The notes under the pieces: generated by a model | What the model saw: the letters and a program-made list of their open reading frames with translations, nothing else | What the model was told of the DNA's origin: nothing | Databases searched by the model: none | Origin: Octopus sinensis | Lineage: Eukaryota | NCBI RefSeq assembly: GCF_006345805.1 | Contig: NC_043002.1 | Coordinates: 2,790,001 to 2,854,000, forward strand | DNA: 64,000 bases | Direction of reading: 5' to 3' | Program-made: the position numbers and the translations under genes | Shown here: piece after piece, positions 35,563 to 49,354 of the stretch | How positions within the stretch are numbered: position 1 is the first letter of the stretch | How the letters are laid out: each line of letters starts with the position of its first letter

Positions 35563-36394
35563 TTAAACTTAAATGTTGGAGTGAATCGAACGGCTTTTGT
35601 GTGTTTCTTAAATGGCTTATAAACACCTTCCACGCTGCAATTGTTTTCGTTTCAGCACACGATCTCAGATCAAATTACTTGCTATGCGAGTACATCTCCG
35701 TAATATGTATATATATATACATGTATATGTTTATATGTATGTACATAGATACATGTATACACTTACTGTTATTTCTCTTTCTCTCTCATACACACACACA
35801 CACACACACACATTCTTTTACATTTCTTCCTACATCTTATACTCCCACACGTTTAATACACACGCATGCGCATAGATTTGGGCCCTAACCCTAATCCTCT
35901 TCACCATTCTTTACTAACCTCTCGCCATCTTCTCCCTCCCATCAAATAACACGCTAATTTCCATTAAACCACTCACGTTTTCATCTATCATTTGTCATCA
36001 GTCACATCAGATCATAATTTGTATATCTTCATTCAAACATCTATGGTTTTCTTACTGAATGGTGGTGGCGGTGGTGGTGGTGGTGAAAGTAAGAGGATAA
36101 CTTCTGTCGAAATTATTATAGTCAAACAAGATGACCCCCCCCCCTCCACCCTTCCCTCATTTATTCGGCCGATATCGTTACAAGGGTAGAATTTACCAAA
36201 GCTTTTCTGAAAGATGGCTGGATCTCTGCGAATGGAAAATGAATTTAGTCGGACCTTCTTTTAAACAGTTTTATTGATAGGAAATAATCAATTAAACATT
36301 TTATTTTGATTGTCACCAATTTGTTTATATTTCCAGTTGAAATGCAACAAATCTTTTGATGGTTTGGACCAATGGTTTAGATCTTGGTTTGGAC

Positions 36395-36689
36395 CAATGC
36401 TTCTCACACTATCTGAGGTGACGTATCGACAGGTTTTTTTTTCCAATGTGCCAGAAATTGGTAATAATTTTTAATTATATTAATTTATACTGTAAACAAC
36501 ATATATATAATGAATATACTAAAATTTGACAATTTCTTTTTTGTCTTATATTTATTTTGTAAACAAATAATACAATATTTCATAAGCATTTTATAATGTT
36601 TCTTTCTTTTCTGGAAACTCGCCGTGTACCAGCAGCTGATGGCTCGCGGACCGGCGCCGGTCCGTGGACCACCACTTAGAGTAGCACTG
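36395..36689. mobile_element. hAT (Charlie-like) MITE
   Basis: Termini CAATGCTTCTCA and reverse complement CAGTGCTACTCTA. Degenerate 8-bp flanks GTTTGGAC/ATTTAGAT (5/8). Subterminal palindrome CGGACCGGCGCCGGTCCG. Confidence 0.6.
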
Positions 36690-36789
36690 ATTTAGATAAC
36701 CTAGATATGTTTCGGCCAAAGGTTGGTCTAAGCCATGTCTAACCTAATAGCACCCCCTCATAGAATTGTTTTTTTAATCAATTTTTTAA

Positions 36790-37060
36790 TTTTTTTGTAT
36801 CATGGCCCATTCAAGTAGAGGGTTGATGTTGACCGAGATGTATCCCGGTACGGGGGGCTTATCTGGTAGCCCTGGAGGAAATTATGTCCAGGTTTCGTTT
36901 GAAGGTGATGGGATCTTTTCTTTTTATTTGGTTGGGATAATGTTAAATAGAGCAAGGGGCATTTTGAGGGGAAGGCATTGCGTTGCAGCAAATTTATGTT
37001 ATGATCCCGAATTGTACAGGGGGTGGGGGAATATGGTACGTGACCCAAGTCTTGGATGAT
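36790..37060 (-). mobile_element. CR1/L2-group LINE 3' fragment, degraded
   Basis: Minus-strand frameshifted LALFNIIP..DPITFKRNLD..PDKPPVPGYISVNINPLLEWA resembles CR1-group ORF2 C-termini (LFN..P..FK..LD). Recognised by eye. Confidence 0.55.
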
Positions 37061-37616
37061 TTCTTGTCTAGAGTCTTGATTACTGAATGAAAAATTGTCG
37101 GGACTGGAACCGAAATTGCCAAACCTTAACTAGAAAATGAAAAACCAACCGAAATTTGAATGTTTTTCTGCAGAGTTAAACCGCGAAAAATAATGTGTGA
37201 CACGAATGAATGCGCGAAAAGAATTTTCAAAGAAGAACTTCCACAATTTCACATCTTTTCATCCAAACTGAGTCGGTGCGCCATCACCGCCTGTAATTTC
37301 AATTTAATTCTTAGTCAGCAAACCACATGAAATACTCCGGTAAATACCTACTTGCAATTTGGAGCAATCACAATACATGTGAAGTGAGTCGCTTTTGACT
37401 GTCAATTATATCCACTTCTCAATAACTCAGTGTGCAACTGCCAAAAATACTTCCTTTGCTTTTTACCGATTCTCTTCGTTATCCTTTAAGATAAAATCGA
37501 TATATTCTTCACATTATTCAGCTATTCAGCTTGTCGACGTTGAAGATACGACAACACCTACATGACTCTATCACATCACTCTGCTGCTCTCCTCTGCTGC
37601 TCTCCTCTCTCACTCT

Positions 37617-37716
37617 NNNNNNNNNNNNNNNNNNNNNNNNNNNNNNNNNNNNNNNNNNNNNNNNNNNNNNNNNNNNNNNNNNNNNNNNNNNNNNNNNNNN
37701 NNNNNNNNNNNNNNNN
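37617..37716. other. Assembly gap (100 N)
   Basis: Exactly 100 Ns, the usual placeholder for a gap of unknown size. Confidence 0.99.
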
Positions 37717-38865
37717 AAATGATTATGATGAAATCATATTGTCTCTCTCTCTCCGTGTATTGGTGACAGCCCTTTAAGTCTTCAAAGGTTCTTCAAACAT
37801 TCTTGTTCGCATTGCTGATGGCTTAACAAGAAGATCGGTTGAAAGTTTTTCTTCTTACCTACGTAAATAAAAAAAATCACCTGATTTTAGAGGATTTCGT
37901 TCGTGATGTGATTCGTTGTCATCGAAAATACTCAACAACAACAACAAAAACATCATGCTGAAACAGTTGCTGCGAAGTTTTAAACCACACTTATGTTATT
38001 GTATGTATGTGTGTGTATGTGTGTATGTGTGTATGTATGTATGTATGTACGTACGTATGTATGTATGATGCATGTAATGTACGTACGTACGTATGTATGT
38101 ATTGTCTTTTAATGAGATTCTTTTTTTAAATCCTTCCATGTGTTGCGTTTTTCCCCACAATTCCCTGCATTTTTCACATCTCTCTACATGAACACTACCC
38201 ATTTCTTTTTTCTGATCAGATTTTTGAAGCCCGCCCACCATTAGCAGAGAGTGATACTGGTGGTACAACAACCCCACTGCCACAGTCCAGACATTTAAAA
38301 TAAAAGAGAAAAAAACGACAACCCCACAACGCATCACCAATGAACCTACGTACAAAGATGATGACAAAACATTACGACAGAATTATAATGGCAGAGTAAA
38401 AGCGCAACATATTGCAATATATTATAATTGATAATAATGAAGAGGCGACTTTTTGGTGCACAAAGTGTGCCGGGAATGATGACATGATAACCAAAATGCA
38501 ATGGAGAAGGCTGAGGAGCTCTGTACGCATGTCTGACGTTCAACTTCCTCTACCACTCTTTTAAACGGAAGCTCGATATTAGAAATGGCAAAGGGTACAA
38601 TACGATGATCGACTCAGGCAAATACATAGCGAAATGATCCAAGACTGATCGCACCGAATGAGAAGGACAAGCAAACGATTGCATTGGTTGACCGTTGGAT
38701 CAAACTGATACAAACACACGCACTGACTAAAAAACATAACAAACACACGAGAACTGCCCATGTTGCTTAAAACTGGCCACCACGACGATTAGCCATCACG
38801 ATCACCATCTACATGTTTTGTTTACTCTCGGATGGTCATTGCTGATAATAACAGGCAGCTCTGAA

Positions 38866-38933
<68 letters not shown>

Positions 38934-39134
38934 CATCTGATTGCTAAACTGACCCATTCATTATCAGAATGCGCTATTTGTGTATTCGTTCTGCCCGTCC
39001 ATGATTTCCCTCGTGTCACTTTCACAAAACCATTTCTCTGCAGAAAACAATTCTTGATTAACGAGTCATCAACTTTCATCTCACCATCAACCTTTTTTTC
39101 TTTATCTTCTTCCTTCCACCCTTATTACATATGT

Positions 39135-39172
<38 letters not shown>

Positions 39173-39618
39173 ATACATCCATACACAAACATACATAAGT
39201 ACACATATATGCATGTACATGTGTCTGTATGTGTGTGTCTGTATGTGTGTGTCTGTATGTGTGTGTCTGTATGTGTGTGAGTGTATGTGTGTACATGTAC
39301 GTTCCTTCGTTTTTCATTCATCTTTTGGCTTTCCACGTTGCTTTTCTTTTATTTTTATTCCTTATTTTCCTTAATTCTATCTCTGTGAATCTATTTATTC
39401 CATTTTGGCATATTCTTATCTTTCACAAATCCAATACACAACTGGCAGCAGATAAATTAAATAGCATTCCTGATAATGGGAGAATTACAAAAAAAAACAA
39501 AAAACACACACACATTCAAAGACACTTCACATGAGAAACCTGTTGGGGGTTTATGCCGAGTTTTCAAAGGATTCGCTTTTCTCATTACTGTTATTACTAT
39601 TATTAATAATAATAACAA

Positions 39619-39665
<47 letters not shown>

Positions 39666-39989
39666 CTACTACGACTATCTCTTAATTTTTGTGGATTTTT
39701 TTCATTTGAATGATGAAACAAAGCTATTAGAGAAATGGGGAGAAAAAAAGGAAAAGCGAAAGGAGGGAGAGAATTTTTTTAAGTGAATTAAATACAAAAT
39801 TAAAAAAAAGGGATGAAAAGAAGGAATGCAGGAAGTGGAATTTGGTAAGATTGGGTGGAGAATGGCGAAATGAGGTAAGTTTGGAGAATTAATAGAATGG
39901 AGAAATTGGTGGAGGAGGAGGAGAGGAATTTTGGATGAGCGAATGAAAAATAGGGAAGGAGAAGATAGAGGGGTGAGGGCAAGTAGTAA

Positions 39990-39994
39990 GGGGA

Positions 39995-40057
<63 letters not shown>

Positions 40058-40340
40058 GAAGAAAGAAAGGAAGAAAGGAAGAGAGAGAAAGAAAAAAAAA
40101 GAAAGAAGGAAAGAAAGAGGGAAAGAAAGAAATAAAGAAGGAAGGAAGGAAGGAAGGAAAGAAAGAAAGAAAGAAAGAAAGAAAAGAAGAAAGAGGGAAA
40201 GAAAGAAAGAAAGAAGGAAAGAAAAAAGGAAAGAAAGAAAGAAGGAAAGAAAAAAGGAAAGAAAGAAAGAAGGAAAAAAAGAAAGAAGGAAAGAAAGAAA
40301 GGAAAAAAGAAAGAAAGAAAGAAAGAATGAAGGAAGGAAA
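39990..40340. repeat. Almost pure purine (GAAA)n/(GGAA)n tract
   Basis: Directly visible. Confidence 0.95.
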
Positions 40341-41057
40341 GAAAGAAAGAAAGAAAGAAATCTCAATATTTATTTTGTACAGGAATGTAAACCCATTTTG
40401 GAGATTGAATAAGGTTTGTTAAACGTCATCAGTATGCAAAGAGATGGTCACTTATAAAGTGTACAACGGTTCGTATTTTATTTTGTTCGATGTGAACGAC
40501 CCCTATTGTAGAGAAGCAGTGACGAGAGAGAGAGGGGGAGGTAAAAAAAGGGGTCGTTGAAGTTGAATTGAAACCTAGTAATGGACGATTCATGATTTCC
40601 TTAAAAGCTCTTGGAGCCAAAATCGATAATAACAATGGCAGGAATATTGTTTTTAGGCGAGGCAAAATGGTAATTAGTGCAGATTTTGTTTTGCCTTTTT
40701 TTTAACATCCCCTCACAGTGTCTGTCGGTTGCGTAATGGAGAAGAGGTTTCAAGCGGAAGTCGAAACCGTGTCGACTTTAAGTGAATCACTTACTCCACA
40801 TCATACTGCCATTTTACTGCACAACAGTAAAAAAAAAAAAAATATGCACTTAGCGACACTCTTTGACTGATTTATTGGCTCTAGCTAGTTTGGTGAGACC
40901 ATGCTGGGGCAATTTCAGTAAAAGTTTTAAAGATCACAAAGAAATGCTTCCGGTATTTCCGATTCTGATTAAAGATAATTTATTAACAAACTTCTGAAAC
41001 TAATACTCTTGGAACTCATATCAAAACATGAATACATATGTGTGTGTGTATGTATAT

Positions 41058-41115
<58 letters not shown>

Positions 41116-41380
41116 TTGGAAGACACCGTCTGCGAAAAAAGCGACGTTAAGAATTTATTCAGCTGCTACCGGGTTGAATGATAATCTTTATACGCGTATA
41201 TGTGTCAGTATGTATGAGTATATATATATGTGGTGTGTGTGTTTGTGTTTATGTATATATATATATTGTATCTATTATATATATAATATATATATATATA
41301 TTATATATATATTAATGGCGATTTGACGTCTATGTTTAGCATATAAGGTGTCACTTTAGTGGTCATTCCTCTTAATTGTG

Positions 41381-41426
<46 letters not shown>

Positions 41427-41433
41427 TGTGTGT

Positions 41434-41478
<45 letters not shown>

Positions 41479-41500
41479 CGTGTGTGTGTATATACATACA

Positions 41501-41700
41501 TAGATCGCTAACCACTACACATTCTTAATTTTCTCTCCTTGTTTCTTTCTGTGTTCCTTTCTGTAGAAGAGCGTAGGCTCGAAACGTTAAAGACTTTTTC
41601 ACTTCCCGAGCGTTATACTAATACATCTATTTGTTGTCTACACCACCTGTCTTCGTCTTTTGTTGTTGTGTTTTTTTGGTGAATTCTCCCCTATACACAA
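41501..41700 (+). mobile_element. PLE-derived element, family D
   Basis: Homologous to 20491-20670. Flanked by microsatellites. Confidence 0.72.
41557..41592 (+). ncRNA. Hammerhead-like motif, family D (A6U core)
   Basis: CTTT-CTGTAGA-A-GAGC(GTAG)GCTC-GAAA-CG-TT-AAAG. Confidence 0.6.
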
Positions 41701-41761
41701 ACTTATATATATATACACACCACACACATACACACACACACACACACATACATACATACAT

Positions 41762-41830
<69 letters not shown>

Positions 41831-42123
41831 CAGAGAGAGAGACAGACAGACAGATAGACAGACAGACAGACAAGAAAGTAAATATCGAAAGCAGTATAGC
41901 CATGAAAACAAAAGAAAGACTACGAATTTTCGCCCTTATAAGATGGAAATAAGTTGCCGCCTGCCAACGACTCTTTCCCGTCTTACAATGGTAAAATAGC
42001 CAATCTTTCTCTGCTGTTTCCAGCATTCGAAATAGTTCTTTCTTGTCTTTAAAATACAAAACACATTCGATGATTCCAAAGTTTGTTTATAAAATGTTGT
42101 CGCACATATATATATATATTTAT

Positions 42124-42300
42124 ACAATTGCAGCGTGGAAGGTGTTTATAAGTCATTTAAGAAACACACAAAAACCGTTAGATTCACTCCAACATTTAAA
42201 TTTAATTTGTCAAAATATTTTCGTCGCTTTGAGACCGCGACCTGTTCACTGACAAAATTCCGTACACAGCACACTTGCTATGCAAGTACATCTCCGTTAT
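42124..42300. mobile_element. PLE family B copy with second arm mostly deleted
   Basis: Short arm 42124-42256, then the tail end of the opposite arm (ACTTGCTATGCAAGTACATCTCCGTTAT). Confidence 0.78.
42206..42256 (-). ncRNA. Hammerhead variant family B (G3-C8), different stem II loop
   Basis: TTTGTCA-GTGAACA-G-GTCGC(GGTCTCAAA)GCGAC-GAAAATATT-T-TGACAAA. Confidence 0.72.
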
Positions 42301-42954
42301 GTGTGTGTGTGTGTGTGTGTGTGTATTTATGCATGTATGTATGTATGTATGTATGTATGTATGTATGTATGTATGTATGTATGTATGTATGTATGTATCT
42401 GTGTATGTATGTATGTATGTATGGTATATCCGGTTATATGAAATCAGTAATATTAAATAAAAAAAAAACGTAACCGCAATTTGATAAAGAAATGCTAGTG
42501 AATGGCCGTACGCTTGTTCCATGCCAAATTCGCATTATTTTTGATTTGTCTTTGTTTTTCTATTGAGAGCTCGGATCCTGACTTGGTGCCAATTCCCAAT
42601 GTTAAATTCCTTCCATGCAATAAAGATTGTTCTATGGTTCTACAATAGAATGACTCATTATGGGGTTAGTTTTGTGGGGATGGGGTTACATGGGTTGTTG
42701 TGGAGAAGAGAGTATTTGACGTGTATAGATAAGTTCTGTGTATATAGATGAGTGAGTGTATAGTTTATGCCGAGATGGATTGGTGTGTTTATATTTGGGA
42801 TTGTTATTGAGATTCATAGAAATTTCATTCAAAATTACCAGAACTTCTCTTGGTTGAAAGACTTGCAGCAATTTATCAATGAGAAACTGAAGTAATTTGA
42901 ATAACAGTGGGAAGGGAATGGTTGGGAGGTGAATGGCTAGGATTAAATGGATAG

Positions 42955-43123
42955 ATTGAGAGAGAGAGGAGAGAGAGAGAGAGGTAGGTAGGCAGGTAGG
43001 TTTGATAGATAGCGAGAGTAGGTATGTATGTATGTATGTATGTATGTATGTAGGTAGGTAGGTAGGTAGGTAGGTAGGTAGGTAGGTAGGTAGGTAGGTA
43101 GGTAGGTAGGTTTGATAGATAAC

Positions 43124-43194
<71 letters not shown>

Positions 43195-43302
43195 GTAGGT
43201 AGGTAGGTAGGTAGTTAGTTAGTTAGGTAGGTAGGTAGGTAGGTAGGTATGTAGGTAGGTAGGTAGGTAGGTAGGTAGAGAGAGACAGACAGAGAGACAG
43301 AC

Positions 43303-43348
<46 letters not shown>

Positions 43349-43435
43349 GGACAGACAGACGGACGGACAGACGGACGGACGGACGGACGGACGGACGGAC
43401 GGACGGACGGACGAGGACGGACGGACGGACGGACA
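42955..43435. repeat. Compound tetranucleotide microsatellite
   Basis: Successive GTAT, GGTA, GATA, GGTA, GTTA, GGTA, GACA and GGAC blocks. Confidence 0.95.
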
Positions 43436-44575
43436 GGCAAGATAACAAAAAGAAGATAAGATAGGTAGATTGATAGACCAGATGCTAAGCAGATAGATAA
43501 TAATGTAGATAGGTAAAATTGGATATACCTCTATCAAATTGTGTCAGCTCTTTTTTTAATACGCCATTTTGAAACGTTCTTGAGTGAAGGAAAAAAAATG
43601 TCATCGAGAAAGATCATTTTGATAACGCCAATTCTTCAACGAAACATAATCGTATTTGAATGGGGAAGTGGATGACTAACGAGTATTTGAATGATGTTGT
43701 AAATGACCTTCAAGCTTTTTCGAAAATTCCATTTGTCTTTGCTATCTGAATCAAAGAAGAACCGAGCGTTTCCAGACGAATAGCGTATTTTTTCTAATTA
43801 GCAAAAGAGATTAATTTCAATGAAAGCGTGTGTGTGTGTGTTTGTGTGTGTGTATGTATGTGCGTGCCTGTCTGTCTATCTGCCTGTCTGCCTGTCTATC
43901 TATCTGCCTGTCTGCCTGTTTCTCTTTGCGACAGTATACTTGAATGTCTACGTGTGTATAAGAACGGATGTGATTTACGTTCAGTGTGCACACATCCAAC
44001 GCTAGTCTTCAATCAGTGTACGTTTGCTCTTCCGACTTAGTTTTCTTTCCTTGTGCGCATGATTAATCGAGAGTGGTTGTGTATATAACGGTCATGATTA
44101 AGAATACTACGTTCGAACCCAAGTTGCGACATTTTACACAAGAATGTATTACCATAGTATCAGAGTGGTTAATGTTTTCTGGGTGGAATATAATCTATAA
44201 AAACTGGACAGAATCTGTCGTATCCACACCCTGTTGCTGACTCAGCATGAGAACATATAACTTGGAACAATCTCAAACTTCAACACCACACAATACTAGA
44301 GAAACCCAGGAAACTTCACTCTTCATATCGACCTGAGAGAGATTTTCGCAGCTGACAAAGCGTAACGGCGCAGAAATACATGCGCCCTACGAGACAGTGA
44401 CGTCACTCACAGCCTTCAAAATATTTTACACATTTCTGGGTGGAGAATTTTTCCCGGGTCTCTTTCCGTAATAAGAAAGATCTTATTACTTCATAAATGC
44501 ACTGGAGCATGTTAAATATGACTTTACATGAATATATTTTATTCTACGCTTCTTCGTACAATATTATATGTATAA

Positions 44576-44611
<36 letters not shown>

Positions 44612-44703
44612 GTACATGCATACAGATAGACAGAAAGAAAGAAAGAAAGCTAGACACAGATAGAGAGAGAGAGAGATGCATACTGACAGACAGACGGACA
44701 GAC

Positions 44704-44758
<55 letters not shown>

Positions 44759-44823
44759 AGAAAGAAGCTAGACACAGATAGAGAGAGAGAGATGCATACT
44801 GACAGACAAACAGACAGACAGAC

Positions 44824-44942
<119 letters not shown>

Positions 44943-46178
44943 GTGTGTACGTATGTATGTATGCATGTATGTGTATATTTTTATATATGTAATTATTCAT
45001 TTATACACACCTGCTGCGTTTATATTTTAAGATCTTTCACACGCCTTTCATCAACGATATCCTAAACACCTTTCAATTGATATGTGGACATTATTACCTC
45101 TTAAACGTTGTCCAGGTAAATGTATCTACTTATTCAGTGAGTCCATCTATGAACCCCATCTCTTTCACTTCTTCATATTGTTCATCACTTCTTCTCCAAC
45201 GTATCATTCTTTCCACGAAAATAACTTTGAATTTTTGGACATGAAAGATCTCTGATTCTTTCGGGCCGAATATTCTGTTCCTTCTTTTTTTCGAGTTTGA
45301 GACGGAATTAATCCGAACCCTTATGACAAGCAAATAATAGTTTCTGAGTTTCCTTCAGATGTCTTCGAGCTTACAATTAAGCATAAACCAAACCAACAAG
45401 ACAACATCAGAAATTGATTTATTGCGTTTGGTAAGATTGGACAGCTAGACTTTTTTTTTACCAGCTTAAAACACATCGGGACAGATTCAATTAACTGAAC
45501 TCCTATAATAATTGGTCCATCTAATCATTCTTTATATTTCGTTCTTCCCAGATCGATGGAATAAAATACCAGTCAATCACTGGTGTTGATTTAATCGATT
45601 TAATTCAATATAACCACGCACACACCAGGTAAATAGTTTGCGTCAATGTTTGGAATAAATATACAAACATATATAGATAGATATAGTTATTCTAACGCAA
45701 TCTCTGCTGATATATCTAACGTCATTTGGCAATCCTTCATCGTCTAATATTTTGGGTCACTCTGCATCTTAATCGAGTCTATCTTTTGGGAACAATAGTG
45801 ACAGAGTTCTTCCATGTTGACGCTGTTTCTAATACTGCGATATAAATCATCAACAAGGAATGACAGGGACTCATAGACATGAGCATATTAAGTGGAAGCA
45901 AACGAAGCAGCATTAAAGTAAATATATACGGGAACAACAATATTTAACAAGATCGTGTACATTCGAATGTGAGAAAAGCTTTCGCTGCGGAAGTAGTCTC
46001 GGGAGAAAATTGTTTCCATAGATAATATAAGGGAAAACACATAATTTGGCTATGAATGATGGCTTTAGATCATAAGACGTTTGTGTTTCTACGACGTTAA
46101 ACTTCAGAGACTACGATTACCGAATCAGTCTTTCACAGCCTCGTATAATGTTTGATGTCCTTTTTAATATAGATAGAC

Positions 46179-46255
<77 letters not shown>

Positions 46256-47589
46256 CACATATATACATACATGTACATGCATACATACATTCATACATAC
46301 GTGCATACATACGTACATGCGTACGTATATACATACATACATACATACATACATACATACATACATACATACATACATACATACATACATACATACATAC
46401 ATACATACATACATACATACATACATACATACATACATACATACATACATAAGAAGAACAAATAGATTTGTTGATGTGTGCAAGGTTTGGTCAAACTGGA
46501 ATTAATTAACTTACAGGGTTATGAAGGCCAATTCAGTGTTCGTACCTGATGAAGAGTAACAAGGCAGAAACATGTGCGTACAATGATCCGCTGACGTCAG
46601 TATCATACTCCCTAACAATGTGTTTTCATTTCCGCTGTGAAAGGTTTTCCCATGTTCGTGTGTGTTCATGAATGTATCAAATATGATTGTAGACGCCTAT
46701 ATACACGAGTATATATTTTTCTTATTTCTCCAACATAAAATAATTCAAACGTGTAATACAAACGAAAGTTTCTGCTCTGACAGATACACATTAGAAACTT
46801 TGCTCTTCAGTAGAGAAATTCTTTCTCTTTCTGTAAGGCAGTCCACAGCTTCTTCCAAGCGATTTGGCCAAACCTTTGACATCCGCCAATCAGAAATGCA
46901 TTCGACTGCCACCGCTTAACCCACCTACGTTGCAACTAAATCCTGTGTCTCATTTTAACCTTATAGAAATAAATCACAAATTCCTCAACACAACACACCG
47001 TTGTCTTTTAGTCCTTGTACATCTTCAGCCATCTTATTTACTCGATGTTGATTATTAAGGAGTGATTGGGGCTTCATTCTCTGAACGGCTAATCAGTTGT
47101 TAATTATGCAATTAGCCTACATTTAAGGCCATTGATTCCAATCACTATGGCTAGTTGTGTTCTCCAATTAGAGAAATGCTATTGGAATCACAAGAGTCAT
47201 ACATCATGGCTTACAATAAATTTAGTTCTCACCTGTCAAATTATATTGCATTTTTGCATCTTTAGTAAATTCTTTCTCAAGTTTTAATGCAAATCTTGTC
47301 TGCCTCCTGATAAGAAGAATCTTCTTTGACTTCAATTGATTCTCTCCACTTTTCTCTTCGAACTGAGTTTGATTTTACTCCAATTTCCAGTTGATTATCT
47401 ACATCTCTACCATCCTAATCAGATGCCGATGTTGCACACGGAGCTAGGGTTTCTAACTCTTATTGCCTCCGACATAAACGTTTTCAATCTTTTGGGGATT
47501 TTTATTATATGTTGCAGCCTTAATTGACAAACGCTAAGATTATTTACCATTATTTCGTTTGCGCGGCGAACAAAATGAGTGACGGCATT

Positions 47590-47755
47590 TCTTCCACTTT
47601 TTTTACATTCTGAGTTCAAATTCCGCCGAGGTCGACTTTGTATTTCATCCTTTGAGGATCAATAAAATAAGTACCAGTTGAGTACTGGAGTCGATGTAAT
47701 CGACTTTCTCCCAGCCATGAAATTGCTGGCATTGTCATAAAATTTGAAACCCAAT
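47590..47755 (+). mobile_element. SINE family S2, partial
   Basis: GAGTTCAAATTCCGCCGAGGTCGACTTTG core. Confidence 0.8.
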
Positions 47756-47814
47756 ATCAAGCAGCGAAGCATTAGGATCGTTAGAATTCTCCCGTTAAAG
47801 AATGACGACGATGA

Positions 47815-48360
47815 TGATGATGATGGCTGTCCACTGGTAACCGAGGAAGACCATTGTTGACCATTGCCCATGTAAAATGCCTGCAATACCCATGCATGAG
47901 GTCAATGCACCACCAGTCCGCTTCACCTGTGTTTGCATCCGCAGCTTCCATGCTCACCTCGGCTCCCTCCATCCCGACCGGGCTTCACATAGTTTCCTCG
48001 CCAGCGATTGCACAACCTAAAATTTTAAGCCCAATAAGGCTTTTACAACACATCCCAGACCCTTTCTACCCCTACTGACATGATCCAGAGAGAGGCCAGG
48101 GCAAGATATCCAGTGCCAATATCGATTGCAGCCTCAGGAATGTGGCAGCACCATGGCATCAAGCGCAAGCAAAAGATCACCAAAAATGTTCAATGCCATT
48201 CCCTTCATTCCTGGTTTTATGTCAGAGTGTCCTTCCCCCAGAGATGTGATTTAACAAAAGATAAGGGTTTCCTCACTTCCAGTGGTCTCCCAGCAATCTG
48301 GATGCCAACCCAGAATTTCAGAGGACCCGTGCTATTGCTAGATTGTCGTTGAACCTACAC
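47815..48360 (-). mobile_element. Possible old LINE (RTE-like) remnant with (CAT)n tail
   Basis: GC-richer non-simple block ending in (CAT)n on the minus strand. No diagnostic protein motif recognised. Confidence 0.25.
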
Positions 48361-48681
48361 AAGGCTCGTCTGTTCTAATCACAGGTCTTGGTTTTGGTCC
48401 TGCTGGGTTTCTAGTAACAGTCCTCAACAGGTAATTATTATATCTGTAGATCTTTAATGTCTATAAATTGTATATTTATTTTTACTATGTGATATCTAAC
48501 GATTCAACTACAAGTAATATCTATATCTAGAGATCTCTGATATCTATAGGTTTATATCATCTTTTAGAGTATCGTTATTTAGAAAGCTATGGATTTTGGA
48601 AATAATACTCCAGGTAGTATCTATATCTAGAGATTTCTAATATTCAAAGATGACATTCTGGATTATAATTCTGTAGCGTTC

Positions 48682-48760
<79 letters not shown>

Positions 48761-48802
48761 CGTGTGTGCGTGCGTGTGTGTGTGTGTGTGTGTGTGCCGT
48801 GC

Positions 48803-49069
48803 GTGGACAGGATGCCAAATGCACTTTTGATGAAGGACAAGAAGCCGAACGGACATAAACCTGAACACAATAATTAAAAAAGCAAAAACATTCCTACCTG
48901 CATAGTTTAATGATCAATTCTCCAATTTGACACTTAAGATTTAACGAGATTAAATTTAAATTTTCGTATATCCGTTCGGCATCTTGCCCATTCGGCATTT
49001 TGTCCGTTCGGCATTGTGTCCGTTCGGCTTCTTGTCCTTCGGCAAAAGTGCGTTCGGCATCCCGTCCAT
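48803..49069. mobile_element. Mutator-like MITE
   Basis: ~52-bp imperfect TIRs (GTGGAC..GTCCAT) with internal TTCGGC sub-repeats. 9-bp flanks GTGCCGTGC/GTACCATGC (7/9). Confidence 0.65.
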
Positions 49070-49354
49070 GTACCATGCGTGCGTGCGCATGTGCGCGCTG
49101 TGCGTGTATGTGTATCTGTGTGTGTGTGTGCGTGTGTGTGTGTAGATTATACTATGGGTATTATCTCTATTAATTTTATATAAATGCTGGTTTATCACAC
49201 CCTCATACTGCAAAACCTATCGGCCACTTGAAGATCAATAATCCCTCTTACTATTCTTAATCCCAGAAATGTTACTAATGGTAAACGTATTGACTTTAGT
49301 GAGATGAGAATTAAAATTGACCAGCGATCAGATTTGAACACGAAATATAGATGC

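Larger units (their letters stand above)
35368..35704. mobile_element. PLE family B pLTR palindrome without spacer
   Basis: 277-bp near-perfect palindrome 35368-35644 centred on GTCCGTG|CACGGAC, plus a ~60-bp tail. Confidence 0.82.

Noticed and set aside
35884-35895. Telomeric (CCCTAA)2, also at ~59407
   Set aside because: Only two units each, too short to call an interstitial telomere.
37617-37716. ORFs 37531..37722 and 37562..37777 spanning Ns
   Set aside because: They are artefacts of the assembly gap.
38220-38400. Exon candidate containing FLAG-like YKDDDK
   Set aside because: The frame after the acceptor stops early (..SRHLK*). The motif is in another frame and has only three Asp, so it is a chance match.
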